From an uncultured Veillonellaceae bacterium (GTDB taxonomy: Bacteria > Bacillota > Negativicutes > JARBTT01), in contig CAWDTA010000002.1 in assembly GCA_963805085.1 (NCBI GenBank), positions 1,472,001 through 1,536,000 of the forward strand: 64,000 bases of DNA, written 5' to 3'. Position numbers and translations under genes: made by a program. Each line of letters opens with the position of its first letter. The stretch's first letter is position 1. Of this stretch, positions 40,758-50,571 are shown piece after piece. The notes under the pieces are model-generated. The model saw nothing but the letters and a program-made list of their open reading frames with translations. It was not told where the DNA came from and did no database searches.

Positions 40758-42041
40758 ATGTTTGATAGATTCTGGAAAAAGACTACCGATATAACTAAAT
40801 TAGAATCATATAGAGCGAACTCACCGTGGAAGCACGATGCAGTTCTTTTGCATGTAACTAACAGACTTGGGCATTTACGTATGGCCTATGGAATGGCGAA
40901 AAATAATAAACAAAAATTCTTTATGCTATTAAAAGATATTCCGTTAGTGAAGTGGCATTGTATTGATGAATATAACTGCCCCACATGTGAAAAACTCATA
41001 TCCGCTGGTTATGGGTTAAATAACATAAATGAAGAGGTTATTAGTGAAATCAGAAGGTGCATGAACCAATCCCATGAAACGATTGATTTAGCAGTAGATA
41101 ATTTAGTACCTATACTAAAGCTTTTACCCAGTGGATATTATGTAGTAGCCGATTTACCTCTGTATCCGTCTGATGGAAATGGACAATTTTTTTGGAATCA
41201 AAGCAATCAACCAGCCTTTAATAAAGGAACCTGCTCAATTTATTATAAACAAATGTATTCGCAAGGGATGCCTACTTTTATCCTGCCAAGCCAACTGCCT
41301 GAAAGTTATGATGCAGCGACAATGAAGCGGTATCAGGAAATGTATCGAGCTGGGGAATCATTAAGAGGATTGGCTTATTATATGGGGGATTATCTCTGTA
41401 CCCTACTGGATGGGCATCATAAGGCAGTGGCAGCAGCTTTGGAAGGACGAGAATTTCGTTGTTTAACAATCTTGCCAGTACATGGTATTTCATGCTTGAA
41501 AGATGAAAAAGATTTTAAAATGTCAATTGGCGGTGAATGGATTGATTCAAAAAATCTTCCGACAAAATTTAATAAACACTTCAAGAAATCATATGGTCAA
41601 GCGAATAAATTAAAAACTGACGAAGTTGAAAAATATCTAACTATGGAAGCGGAATGTTGGGCGCAGTTTAAATGGCCACAAGAATTATTAGATATTGGGA
41701 AGCAATACCCCGACGCATTTACGGTGGCTTGTATAGAGTTTTCTGGAGATTTATCGGACGAACGTGTTTATAGACTTCTTCGGAATGAAGAAGCTGATGC
41801 CGAGGATAAACTAGAGTTTGTTTTTAAGTCTCTTGTTGGCTTAAAAGACATCCGGGCCGCAGAAATAGCAATGAAAATTGCCAAGGATGAAGGATTACGC
41901 AATCTATGGCAAGAGGTTTTTGAATATTTGGCTACTGTCCAAAGTGAACAAATAGAGGATTTCTTTATTGACTTTCTAGTTAATGATGAAAAACTGCGAC
42001 CGAAACTTACGAAAATAGCGGATAACTATTTAAAACACTAA
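40758..42041 (+). CDS. Hypothetical protein (CPTC and LLDGHHK motifs)
   Basis: 427-aa ORF; ParB/Srx-like DGHH motif; stop codon lies inside repeat copy H. Confidence 0.7.
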   Translation: MFDRFWKKTTDITKLESYRANSPWKHDAVLLHVTNRLGHLRMAYGMAKNNKQKFFMLLKDIPLVKWHCIDEYNCPTCEKLISAGYGLNNINEEVISEIRRCMNQSHETIDLAVDNLVPILKLLPSGYYVVADLPLYPSDGNGQFFWNQSNQPAFNKGTCSIYYKQMYSQGMPTFILPSQLPESYDAATMKRYQEMYRAGESLRGLAYYMGDYLCTLLDGHHKAVAAALEGREFRCLTILPVHGISCLKDEKDFKMSIGGEWIDSKNLPTKFNKHFKKSYGQANKLKTDEVEKYLTMEAECWAQFKWPQELLDIGKQYPDAFTVACIEFSGDLSDERVYRLLRNEEADAEDKLEFVFKSLVGLKDIRAAEIAMKIAKDEGLRNLWQEVFEYLATVQSEQIEDFFIDFLVNDEKLRPKLTKIADNYLKH

Positions 42042-42246
42042 AAAGGAAACTCCTGCTGAATTCTGTATGAATTTGGCAGGAGTTTTGAGCTTTTATGAGA
42101 ATATGTAAGTTTAATGTGAAAAAGTTGATGGCAAGGTTGAGGAAGGCGAAGTGGCGGAGGTATTGTCTTAGGAAAAAGCAACAAGACGAAATCACCGTCC
42201 ACAGTCGTTCGAAAATAGTGGGACAGGGAACCTGTCCCCTTGTCCC
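42031..42246 (+). repeat. Dispersed repeat copy H (long form)
   Basis: Near-identical to copy B. Confidence 0.95.
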
Positions 42247-42382
42247 ATTTGTTGGATATGAACGGTTCCTCGTACAGAGTAAATCATGCTATTGCTAACG
42301 ATTAGGTGGCTCAAATATTCATGAGCACAAGTGGCTTGAAATTTCATGAGCGAGTGGCTCACTTTTTCATTGACGTTTATAC

Positions 42383-42684
42383 TCCGTTGGAACTTTGAAC
42401 GGTTTTAGAAGAATAGCCATTGCGACTATTCTTTGTTTTCTTATTTTTGTAGTCATATTTGGAGTATCCAAGTTCTTCATCCAGTTCAGCATCAAGAGCT
42501 GTCTGGATGGTTTCAGCTGTAAGCATTTTGACAAAATCATGGACATCATTCATGTCTTTAATACCATACTCTTTGATAAGATCTTTGAGCTTGTTGTTTT
42601 CTTTATTTGCCATAATAAAATACCTCCAATATTAGTTTTATTTTACCTAACATTGGAGGTTTACACAATTATTTCAGCACTACC
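42383..42684 (-). mobile_element. IS256-family 5' fragment with left IR
   Basis: LDAELDEELGYSKY...RNGYSSKT; end reads GGTAGTGCTGAAATAATTGTGTAAA on the minus strand. Confidence 0.85.
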
Positions 42685-42764
42685 TCCCGATGGCTATAGC
42701 GATATTTCACTCCAAAGTGTGAATATCGACTATAACCATCGGGATATACTATTTCTAATGTATT

Positions 42765-44033
42765 TTACCCAGCAATTCTATCTGAAAATAAGATGTTTAA
42801 CTGGTCTAAAACCATATCCCAGTTTCGACATCTTTGCGTCCATCTTTCGACGATTTTCTTTGATGCCAAATATAATATTTTTCTTAAGCTATCGTCATTC
42901 GGAAACGATGGCTTATTTTTTGTTATTTGCCTAAACTGCCGATTCAGTCCTTCAATTATGTTAGTCGTATATATTATTCTTCGTATCTCTGGTGGATATG
43001 CATAAAACGCCGATAATATATCCCAATTTTCTTCCCAACTCTTTATGCACGATGGATACGCTTTTACCCATTTTTCTTTGAATTCCATTAGGTGATTTAA
43101 TGCTTCCTCTTCTGTTACAGATTGATACACTTGCTTTAAATCAACCATCAATTCTTTGATGTCTTTATAGCTTACATATCTTGTACTAGAACGTATTTGG
43201 TGGATAATACAGCGTTGTATTTGTGCTTTTGGATAGGTTGCATTAATTGCTTCTTTAAATCCTTTTAAACCATCTACGCAAAATAGATAAACATCAAGTA
43301 TACCGCGGCTTTTTAGGTCATTTAAGACACCTAGCCAAAACTTACTGCTTTCATGTTCACCTATCCAAATACCTAAAATATCTTTACTTCCATCTAGCGT
43401 AATACCAAGAACAACATAGGCAGCTTTTGTTACGATTTGGTGGTTTTCTTTAATTTTATAATGTATGGCATCCATGAAGATAAAGGGGTAAATTGCTTCA
43501 AGTGGTCTGGCTTGCCAAGCGTTTACATCCGGCATGATTTTTTCACTGATTTTACTTACAAGTTCAGGGGAAATTTCTACATCGTAGAGAATTTTAATTT
43601 GTTCAGCAATATCTCTTTGACTCATACCACAGGCATAAAGAGAGAGTATTTTTTCTTCCATTCCATCGGCATTACGATTGTATTTAGCAATGATTTGCGG
43701 TTCATATTCACCGTTGCGATCACGAGGAATCTTAACGTCGATTTCACCAAGCTGAGTTTTAACAGTCTTTTTAGAATAACCATTACGATAATTTTGTGAC
43801 TTTGATAAATCGACAGAATCGTCCAGATGTTTACTTTTTTCGTAACCAAGTTCTTGATCTAACTCAGATTCCATAACTTGCTGGATAACGTCTTTGAACA
43901 TATCTTTCATGGCTTGCATAATCTCAGTAGTAGAGGTGAAATTTTGGCTTTGTACATACTCTTTCATTAGATCTTTAGGTGCAGTTAACATAGAAAAAAA
44001 CTTCCTTCCAGGTTTGAATTTCTTATATTCCAA
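42765..44033 (-). CDS. IS256-family transposase
   Basis: RNGYSKK, PRDRNG, FMDAI, VDGLKGF, QRCIIH, YTTNIIEGLNRQFR; left IR GAGACTTCATAAAATTTTGTGTAAAA ends at 44088. Confidence 0.95.
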   Translation of the reverse strand: MEYKKFKPGRKFFSMLTAPKDLMKEYVQSQNFTSTTEIMQAMKDMFKDVIQQVMESELDQELGYEKSKHLDDSVDLSKSQNYRNGYSKKTVKTQLGEIDVKIPRDRNGEYEPQIIAKYNRNADGMEEKILSLYACGMSQRDIAEQIKILYDVEISPELVSKISEKIMPDVNAWQARPLEAIYPFIFMDAIHYKIKENHQIVTKAAYVVLGITLDGSKDILGIWIGEHESSKFWLGVLNDLKSRGILDVYLFCVDGLKGFKEAINATYPKAQIQRCIIHQIRSSTRYVSYKDIKELMVDLKQVYQSVTEEEALNHLMEFKEKWVKAYPSCIKSWEENWDILSAFYAYPPEIRRIIYTTNIIEGLNRQFRQITKNKPSFPNDDSLRKILYLASKKIVERWTQRCRNWDMVLDQLNILFSDRIAG

Positions 44034-44156
44034 TTCTTACCTATCGGGAAGTTTTTTATTCTTTTTACACAAAATTTTATGAAGTCTCATCTTTTTGTCA
44101 ATGGACATCTGATTTCCTCATTATGGATCGTTAATAAAGAATTAGTACCAATCGCT

Positions 44157-44255
44157 AAATAGAATATAAACAGTAAAAGGAAACTCCTACTGAATTCTGT
44201 ATGAATTTGGAAGGAGTTTCCTTTTATGAGAATATGTAAGTTTAGTATCAAAAAG
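44157..44255 (+). repeat. Dispersed repeat copy I (3'-truncated)
   Basis: aaatagaatataaacagtaaaaggaaactcctactgaattctgtatgaatttggaaggagtt. Confidence 0.9.
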
Positions 44256-44292
44256 AAACTTCTTATATAGCCTTTGAATTTTTCTTTTCCTC

Positions 44293-45108
44293 TCACTTCT
44301 GAGGATCTAATATCTCTCCATCATTATTAATTTTTACGCTTAACGGTTTTCTGAAATATACTCCACAGCCTGTTGGATCATAGACACCTCCCAGACGTTT
44401 CTTTTTATTGAGCTCTTTTTTGAAATCCTCTGATTTTGCTTCATCAATGATTCCTAATTCGATCACTTTACTTGTAACCAGATCAAATACTGATTGGCGG
44501 GCAATATTTGCACTGAGACTTGCCTTTTTATCTATATTCTCCGCACTTTCATAATAGCCATATCCTTCGGCTTCAATCTTCAAACCATCATCTTCTTGCA
44601 TTACTTTTTTGATTACTGCTGGTTTTTGCGGTATATTTTTCTCGATAAACGGATTGAACGCATTAACATCAATAGGTTTTTCACGGAAAGAAAAAAACCA
44701 CTGCGTATATTCTTTGCCTTTGCTTTTTACTGTTTCTTGTTTTTCTTCGATCATCTCTAATGGAATTGTCTCTGTAGAAACATAAAACATGGACGAATCC
44801 AGTCCCAATCGTGAATTATAGACCTTCGTATTATATTCTTTAGCTAATTTTAAACGAACCATATGCCGAGCAAAATCAATTAGCTTTTCATGTGACATGT
44901 TATTATTAAAGTTAACGCGAAAAAAATCTGCGGATGCGCTTTGTTTATAAACTTTTCCTTCCGTAACAAAAATTTCCTCAAACCTTTTTGCTTTGCTCCC
45001 ATCAGAATCCGGTAATGCAAAGGCATATACCGATGAAATAGCCACAAGTTGAATCATAGTAACCAAAATTGTAAGAAGAAATCTATTTCTAACAAAAAAA
45101 CTTCTCAT
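44293..45108 (-). CDS. Secreted hypothetical protein
   Basis: ATG 45108 after GGGGG RBS; signal peptide ending SSVYA. Confidence 0.7.
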   Translation of the reverse strand: MRSFFVRNRFLLTILVTMIQLVAISSVYAFALPDSDGSKAKRFEEIFVTEGKVYKQSASADFFRVNFNNNMSHEKLIDFARHMVRLKLAKEYNTKVYNSRLGLDSSMFYVSTETIPLEMIEEKQETVKSKGKEYTQWFFSFREKPIDVNAFNPFIEKNIPQKPAVIKKVMQEDDGLKIEAEGYGYYESAENIDKKASLSANIARQSVFDLVTSKVIELGIIDEAKSEDFKKELNKKKRLGGVYDPTGCGVYFRKPLSVKINNDGEILDPQK

Positions 45109-45339
45109 TATTAACCCCCATTTTATCATTATCAGTCTAAAAACTTCGCTATTAATATTAGAAAAACCTTTTATTGACAATAGAAATTAACTTTTTATCA
45201 ATGTTTTTTAATCAACAAAACAAAAAAATCTTTAGTAAAATCAGTGTTAGGTGGGATCGATGGTGGAGAAGTATAGTTGAGATTTGTGTTCTGCTAGTTC
45301 CAAGCTATGTGCGTTACTGAAATATAAGGCGATAAAGGT

Positions 45340-45553
45340 AAATGGAACATAAACACTAAAAAGGAAACTCCTGCTGAATTCTGTATGAATTTGGCGGGAA
45401 TTTTGAGGTTTTATAAGAATATGTAAATTTAATATTAAAAAGTTGATGGCAGGTTGAGGAGGGCGAAGTGGTGGAGGTAGCGTCTTAGGAAAAAGTAACA
45501 AGACGAAATCATCGTCACGGCCATTAAAAAATGGTGGGACAGGGAACCTGTCC
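45340..45553 (+). repeat. Dispersed repeat copy J (long form, REP end split by IS1182; remainder at 47216-47234)
   Basis: Core plus gggacagggaacctgtcc|IS|gaacctgtccccttgtccc. Confidence 0.93.
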
Positions 45554-47215
45554 GAAACCACTGAAAAATGACCATTTTTTAAGTCACTAGAATATTTTTA
45601 TATTTTATAATTCTTTGATGGACATTATTTTTCAAAATTCGGAGTAAATATTCGAAGAAAAAGGATACTAGAGCTGCTATCCTTTTCAAGTTCACTGCCA
45701 AAGCTGTAAGCTTGGCTTGCAGACTCATACTTTTTAGACCATACCCTCGGGCACGGTCTAATCCATGAAAGCGTTTCATTTCTCCATTTTTCCATTCATG
45801 GCTGGCACGTTTTTTATATTTTTCCTTAAATTCGGGTGTCTTTGCCCGTTGATTATGTTCATAATAGTCAGCTGTATTAATTCCAACATCTAAACGTTTT
45901 ACAGATGCTTTTTTGCCAGCACATTCTACTCTATTGGGACAATCTTTACACATAACCTTATTAAATTTATACTTTAGAATTTCTTGCCCCCAGCTACTTT
46001 TCCCATGTTTTTTTGTTATCGTATGATTTCCCATTATACAAAACCACTGATCACTATCCTTGTTATAACTGAATTTACTCTCGTCAATTTTGTATACTGA
46101 CGCACTTACGGGTATAATTGGCTCCACATTGTCTGCCTTTAAAATATCAAGTATCGGTTTACGAAAATACGCTTTGTCACCATAGGCTTCTTTTATATTA
46201 ATTCCACATTCTTTACTTCGATTATATAATTCGCCAAACTTATTTCCATCTACATAAGCACCATCACACGTTTCTATAGCCATAATAATACGTTCTTCTG
46301 GTATCATTGTAAATTCAACTTTATAACCATAAAAACTATCCGTTTTTGATTTATACCCTACACGAGCGTCTTTATCAACAAGTGAGCGTAAGCCTTTTTG
46401 TATGATAAACTTTTCATCGCTTAGTATCTCTTTTGCTTGGACTATCGCTTTTGAAGTTTTTGGCATGGTCGAGATATCAACGTTATTTTCGACTTCTGTC
46501 ATCATGCTTTCCAAAAAAGTTTTCATCATTTCCTTAGCTTCTTTATGATCCACTATTCCCTTATAATCGGGGATAGTGGTATTTATCTCAGGCGATATTT
46601 CTCCTGATTCTTCTTTTATATTTTTAAATATTTTCTTGGCCAAATGTTTCATAATCCGTTCTGGGACTAGCTTCATTGTATTGGCTTTTGCATGAGTGGC
46701 GTCAATTGTTAATCCTGTCCCTTTAATAAGGCCATTTTCGATACATTGGTGTACGACTTCCGTAATAATATTATCAACACTAGTATCTTTGAGTCGCTGT
46801 GTTCTGAATTTTGCAAGTAAGCTTGCATCAGGTAAATCTTCATCTGGGTTGATACCAATAAACCACATATATGCAAGATTCAAAGAGGCTTCTTCTATGA
46901 CTTTTACATCTGATAAATTATACAAATATTGCAATATGAGAAGTTTCGCCATCATTTCAGGTTCCTTTGCTGGACGACCAAAATGCTTGCTGTAGGAGCC
47001 TTCAAGTAATTTATTTATAAAACTGAAATCTACTACTTTATCTATGCTTTTAAGTAAGTGATCATCGGGTATTTTATCATATAAAATTGAATATAAACTT
47101 AATTGTTTCGATGTAGATTTAAGCATACTAAACCCCACTTTCTCAATATATACAATATCTTTATTATACCAAAAATGGGGTATATTTGATATAGTTTGAC
47201 TTTTTCAGTGGTTTC
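45554..47215 (-). mobile_element. Complete IS1182-family element
   Basis: IR gaaaccactgaaaaa/tttttcagtggtttc; TSD gaacctgtcc. Confidence 0.9.
45579..47138 (-). CDS. IS1182-family transposase
   Basis: GRPAKEPEMM, IDATH, GDKAY, CKDCPNRVEC, YKKRASHEWKNGEMKRFHGL. Confidence 0.9.
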   Translation of the reverse strand: MGFSMLKSTSKQLSLYSILYDKIPDDHLLKSIDKVVDFSFINKLLEGSYSKHFGRPAKEPEMMAKLLILQYLYNLSDVKVIEEASLNLAYMWFIGINPDEDLPDASLLAKFRTQRLKDTSVDNIITEVVHQCIENGLIKGTGLTIDATHAKANTMKLVPERIMKHLAKKIFKNIKEESGEISPEINTTIPDYKGIVDHKEAKEMMKTFLESMMTEVENNVDISTMPKTSKAIVQAKEILSDEKFIIQKGLRSLVDKDARVGYKSKTDSFYGYKVEFTMIPEERIIMAIETCDGAYVDGNKFGELYNRSKECGINIKEAYGDKAYFRKPILDILKADNVEPIIPVSASVYKIDESKFSYNKDSDQWFCIMGNHTITKKHGKSSWGQEILKYKFNKVMCKDCPNRVECAGKKASVKRLDVGINTADYYEHNQRAKTPEFKEKYKKRASHEWKNGEMKRFHGLDRARGYGLKSMSLQAKLTALAVNLKRIAALVSFFFEYLLRILKNNVHQRIIKYKNILVT

Positions 47216-47293
47216 GAACCTGTCCCCTTGTCCCATTTATTGGATATGAACGGTTCCTCGTACAGAGTAAATCATGCTATTGCTAACGATTAG

Positions 47294-47599
47294 GTGGCTC
47301 AAATATTCATGAGCACAAGTGGTTTAAAATTTCATGAGCGAGTGGCTCACTTTTTCATTGACGTTTATACATCTCATCCTGCACAGTCAAAGTGGTGGGA
47401 TTTTGGAGAAATATATGATGGCGATATTGAAATTTTAATTGAATGTGTTAAATATGTTCTTCTTAAGATGTTGCAATATGAGGCAAATAACAGAAAAGTT
47501 TCTAATAACCCAGATAAATGGTCAAATTGGTTTGCTGATAATGCTAATATGTTATTTGAGGCAGTGTGGTTTCATAGATTGCCTAATGTAATTAGGTAG
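47294..47599 (+). CDS. Hypothetical protein or fragment; 5' part duplicated at 42247-42382
   Basis: 101-aa ORF directly after the repeat J end. Confidence 0.45.
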   Translation: MAQIFMSTSGLKFHERVAHFFIDVYTSHPAQSKWWDFGEIYDGDIEILIECVKYVLLKMLQYEANNRKVSNNPDKWSNWFADNANMLFEAVWFHRLPNVIR

Positions 47600-47782
47600 A
47601 TTATAGAGAATAAATAACATATGAAAGCGTTGAGTGGTGTATAAAAAAGCACTTGATTACGTGGCGAGTTAAATAAATTTATAAATTCTGGCGAGAAAGT
47701 ATTTACATAAATGTCATAAAACAAAAAGGGTGATCAGAATAATTTTTTATTCTGCTCACCCTTTTTTGTTGCGCCTACCGTC

Positions 47783-48088
47783 TTATTTAATTCCGTATTT
47801 ATAGCAAAGGAATTCCTTAAATAAATCCAATTCTTTTTGTGCATCAGCTGGAAACGCATCTATTTTACTAGTATCCGACTCTTTATCTTCTGAGAAAAAG
47901 TCCGCTAAGCTGATTTCTAGTGCGTTACAAATTTTTTCTAAGGTGATAATTGTAGGAGATTTTTTATTGGACTCGATGTCACTAAGTGCGGCTTGGCTAA
48001 TTACAGCTAATTGATATAGCTTGTATTGGCTAAGTCCTTTTTGTTGTCGGATTTCTACGATTCTATTACCAACATTCATGTTATTCAC
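47783..48088 (-). CDS. XRE-family HTH repressor
   Basis: RQQKGLSQYKL...ISQAALSDIESNKKSP. Confidence 0.9.
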   Translation of the reverse strand: MNNMNVGNRIVEIRQQKGLSQYKLYQLAVISQAALSDIESNKKSPTIITLEKICNALEISLADFFSEDKESDTSKIDAFPADAQKELDLFKEFLCYKYGIK

Positions 48089-48097
48089 CTTCCATAT

Positions 48098-48181
48098 ATC
48101 GCTATAGCAATTATAACATAGTTAAAAACAAGAAAATACATAACTAAAGTGATTGACATTATATAACTAAAGCGATATAAT
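48098..48181 (+). promoter_or_regulatory. Divergent promoter/operator region
   Basis: TTGACA(48153)-17-TATAAT(48176) overlapped by direct repeats ATAACTAAAGYGAT at 48140 and 48163. Confidence 0.75.
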
Positions 48182-48204
48182 CTGAATCAAAAGGGGGTGA
48201 GAAT

Positions 48205-48420
48205 TTGAAAAACTTAGTTATATTTCGTAAGGAGAAGAGCTGGTCTCAGAAAAAATTAGCTGAGAAAGCGGGGATTTCACAAACCTATATATCGGAACTT
48301 GAAGCTGAGAAGAAACAACCGACAATTCCGATTGTAGAAAAATTGGCTTTAGCTTTAGGAGTAAGTATTCCAAAACTATTAAATCAAAAGTCTCAATTCC
48401 CAAAAATGATAGTCGGCTAA
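48205..48420 (+). CDS. XRE/Cro-like HTH regulator
   Basis: SQKKLAEKAGISQTYISELEAEKKQP. Confidence 0.9.
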   Translation: MKNLVIFRKEKSWSQKKLAEKAGISQTYISELEAEKKQPTIPIVEKLALALGVSIPKLLNQKSQFPKMIVG

Positions 48421-48620
48421 GGAAGTGATGTGCTAAATAAAAATCCTACTACCTAAAGTATACCAATAATATTCGCAAAATTCCGTATTTAAAACAAAAT
48501 TGTGATTTGCTTTTACAAAGGAAATAGCAGTGCTTACTTGAAAGGGAATGAGCTATGAGGGACGGTGAAATTTTTGGCTATGGAAATCAGATAACAGAAA
48601 AGTTGAGAGGAGGAATGAGC

Positions 48621-49076
48621 ATGGAGATTGGACAGGTTTTAAATGAGGATTTAATAAATTTGGAGCTAAAAGCGAGGACGAAAGTCGAGGCGATCAGGGA
48701 GCTGATAGAGATGCTCTACAAGCAGGGCAAAGTCAGTGATCGCGATCTGTTTATGCAGGATGTGTATGCGCGGGAATCAGAGGGACGGACTGGGATTGGT
48801 AAGCATGTGGCTATACCGCATGGAAAGTCGGATGCGGTGGCGGTGACTTCGATTGCGATTGGTCGGACTGGGCAGGATTTGGTATGGGAATCTCTCGATG
48901 ACAAGCCAGTTCATATGGTGATTTTGTTTGCGGTGAGGAAGGAGGATAAGACGAAACTGCATTTGAGGTTGTTGGGGCAGGTTGCGTATGCTCTGGCAGA
49001 TGAAGAGATACTAGAGCAATTGCTCATGACCAAGGATAAAAAAGAAGTCATTGCTTTGTTGGCAAGGAACGAATAG
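48621..49076 (+). CDS. PTS fructose-family IIA component
   Basis: RE..G.TGIG..VAIPHGKS; start reassigned near the GAGGAGG RBS. Confidence 0.9.
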   Translation: MEIGQVLNEDLINLELKARTKVEAIRELIEMLYKQGKVSDRDLFMQDVYARESEGRTGIGKHVAIPHGKSDAVAVTSIAIGRTGQDLVWESLDDKPVHMVILFAVRKEDKTKLHLRLLGQVAYALADEEILEQLLMTKDKKEVIALLARNE

Positions 49077-49094
49077 CGGAAGGGAGGAGCGTAG

Positions 49095-49409
49095 ATGAAG
49101 ATTGTAGGGGTTGCGGCTTGTACAGCGGGGATTGCTCATACATATATTGCCGCAGAAAAGCTGAGAAAGGGCGCAATGGCGCGGGGGCATGAGGTGCATG
49201 TTGAAACGCAGGGGACGATTGGCGTTGAAAATGAGCTTTCACAGGAACAGATTGATGTGGCGGATTTGGTGATTTTGGCAGTCGATATCAAGATAAACGG
49301 TGAAGAGAGGTTTTCGGGTAAACGTATTGTTCGTGTGAAAACGGCGACTGTGATCAAATCGCCAGTGCAGTTTATGGAGAAAGTAGAAGCGGAGCTTGCG
49401 AAAAACTAA
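49095..49409 (+). CDS. PTS fructose-family IIB component
   Basis: ACTAGIAHTY, VETQG. Confidence 0.93.
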   Translation: MKIVGVAACTAGIAHTYIAAEKLRKGAMARGHEVHVETQGTIGVENELSQEQIDVADLVILAVDIKINGEERFSGKRIVRVKTATVIKSPVQFMEKVEAELAKN

Positions 49410-49436
49410 GAACTAAAGAGGATGAGGTGAAGAAAA

Positions 49437-50534
49437 ATGGCAGCACAACGTAATGTGATTGGAACGATCAAAAAGCATGTACTGACAGGTGTTTCTTATA
49501 TGCTTCCTTTGATTGTTGCCGCAGGAATTTGTATGGCATTGGGACAGGTAGTAGGCAGGTTGATGGGTGGCAATCTGATTGAGGTGCAGGGGTCATTGCC
49601 GTATGTACTCAATCAGATCGGTATTTATGGTTTAGCGTATTTGATTGTGCCTGTAATTTGTGCGTTTATTGCATTTTCTATTTCAGACAGACCGGGGATT
49701 GCACCGGGGCTTATTGTAGGATTTATTTGTACTCAGATTCATGCAGGATTTATTGGTGGGATGGTAGGCGGATTTGTTGTCGGGTATGTAGTCAATGCAA
49801 TCAAGAAATATGTGAAGGTACCTGTTGCGGCACAAGGCTTGATGCCGATCATGATTATTCCGGTATTGTCGACGGTCATTGCGGGACTTGGCATGTACTA
49901 TATTATTGGTCAGCCAATTATTTGGTTGCAGAGCAGTTTGATTCATATGCTTGAGAGTATGCAAAATGGCTCAAAGTTTACTCTGGGGGCGATACTTGGA
50001 GTTATGGCGACGTTTGATTTTGGCGGGCCAGTGAATAAAACAATGTCACTATTTGTGGATGGGCTTTTAGTTGATGGTGTTTATGGGCCGGAGTCGGTGA
50101 AGTTTGTGGGGTCGATGATTCCACCGTTTGGTATCGCGATTTCATATCTCTTGACGAAGGATAAATATACGAGGGCTGAAAAGGAAGCGCTGAAAGCGGC
50201 GTTCCCGATGGGAATCTGCATGATTACGGAAGGCGTGATTCCGATTGCGGCGCGAGATTTGTTTCGGGTGGTGGCTTCTTGTGTTACAGGTTCAGCGATA
50301 GCGGGCGGATTGCTGATGGTCTGGGGTGTGGAGTCGCCAGTACCGCATGGTGGAATGTTTGTTGTGCCGCTGTTTAAAGAACCGTTGTTATTTTGTGCGG
50401 CGCTTTTACTTGGTTCGGTTATTTGCGGTGTGATGTTGTCCTTTTTGAAGAAAAAGGTGACAGAGGCAGATGAAACTTTTGATGATGATGCGGTTCAGGT
50501 AAAAGATGAGGATATCAGTTTTAGTTTGGAATGA
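49437..50534 (+). CDS. PTS fructose-family IIC component
   Basis: TGVSYMLP, DFGGPVNK, ITEGVIP, PHGG. Confidence 0.93.
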   Translation: MAAQRNVIGTIKKHVLTGVSYMLPLIVAAGICMALGQVVGRLMGGNLIEVQGSLPYVLNQIGIYGLAYLIVPVICAFIAFSISDRPGIAPGLIVGFICTQIHAGFIGGMVGGFVVGYVVNAIKKYVKVPVAAQGLMPIMIIPVLSTVIAGLGMYYIIGQPIIWLQSSLIHMLESMQNGSKFTLGAILGVMATFDFGGPVNKTMSLFVDGLLVDGVYGPESVKFVGSMIPPFGIAISYLLTKDKYTRAEKEALKAAFPMGICMITEGVIPIAARDLFRVVASCVTGSAIAGGLLMVWGVESPVPHGGMFVVPLFKEPLLFCAALLLGSVICGVMLSFLKKKVTEADETFDDDAVQVKDEDISFSLE

Positions 50535-50571
50535 TATTGGTTAAATAAAATAGAGTAAAAAGAGGAGTGGT

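Noticed and set aside
2492-45561. Apparent small-protein family with QNSCQIHTEFSRSF (ORFs 2492-2785, 4944-5159, 42007-42195, 44087-44296, 45247-45561; related 3516-3752)
   Set aside because: Antisense translations of the dispersed repeat. Starts, stops and frames differ between copies and there is no RBS.
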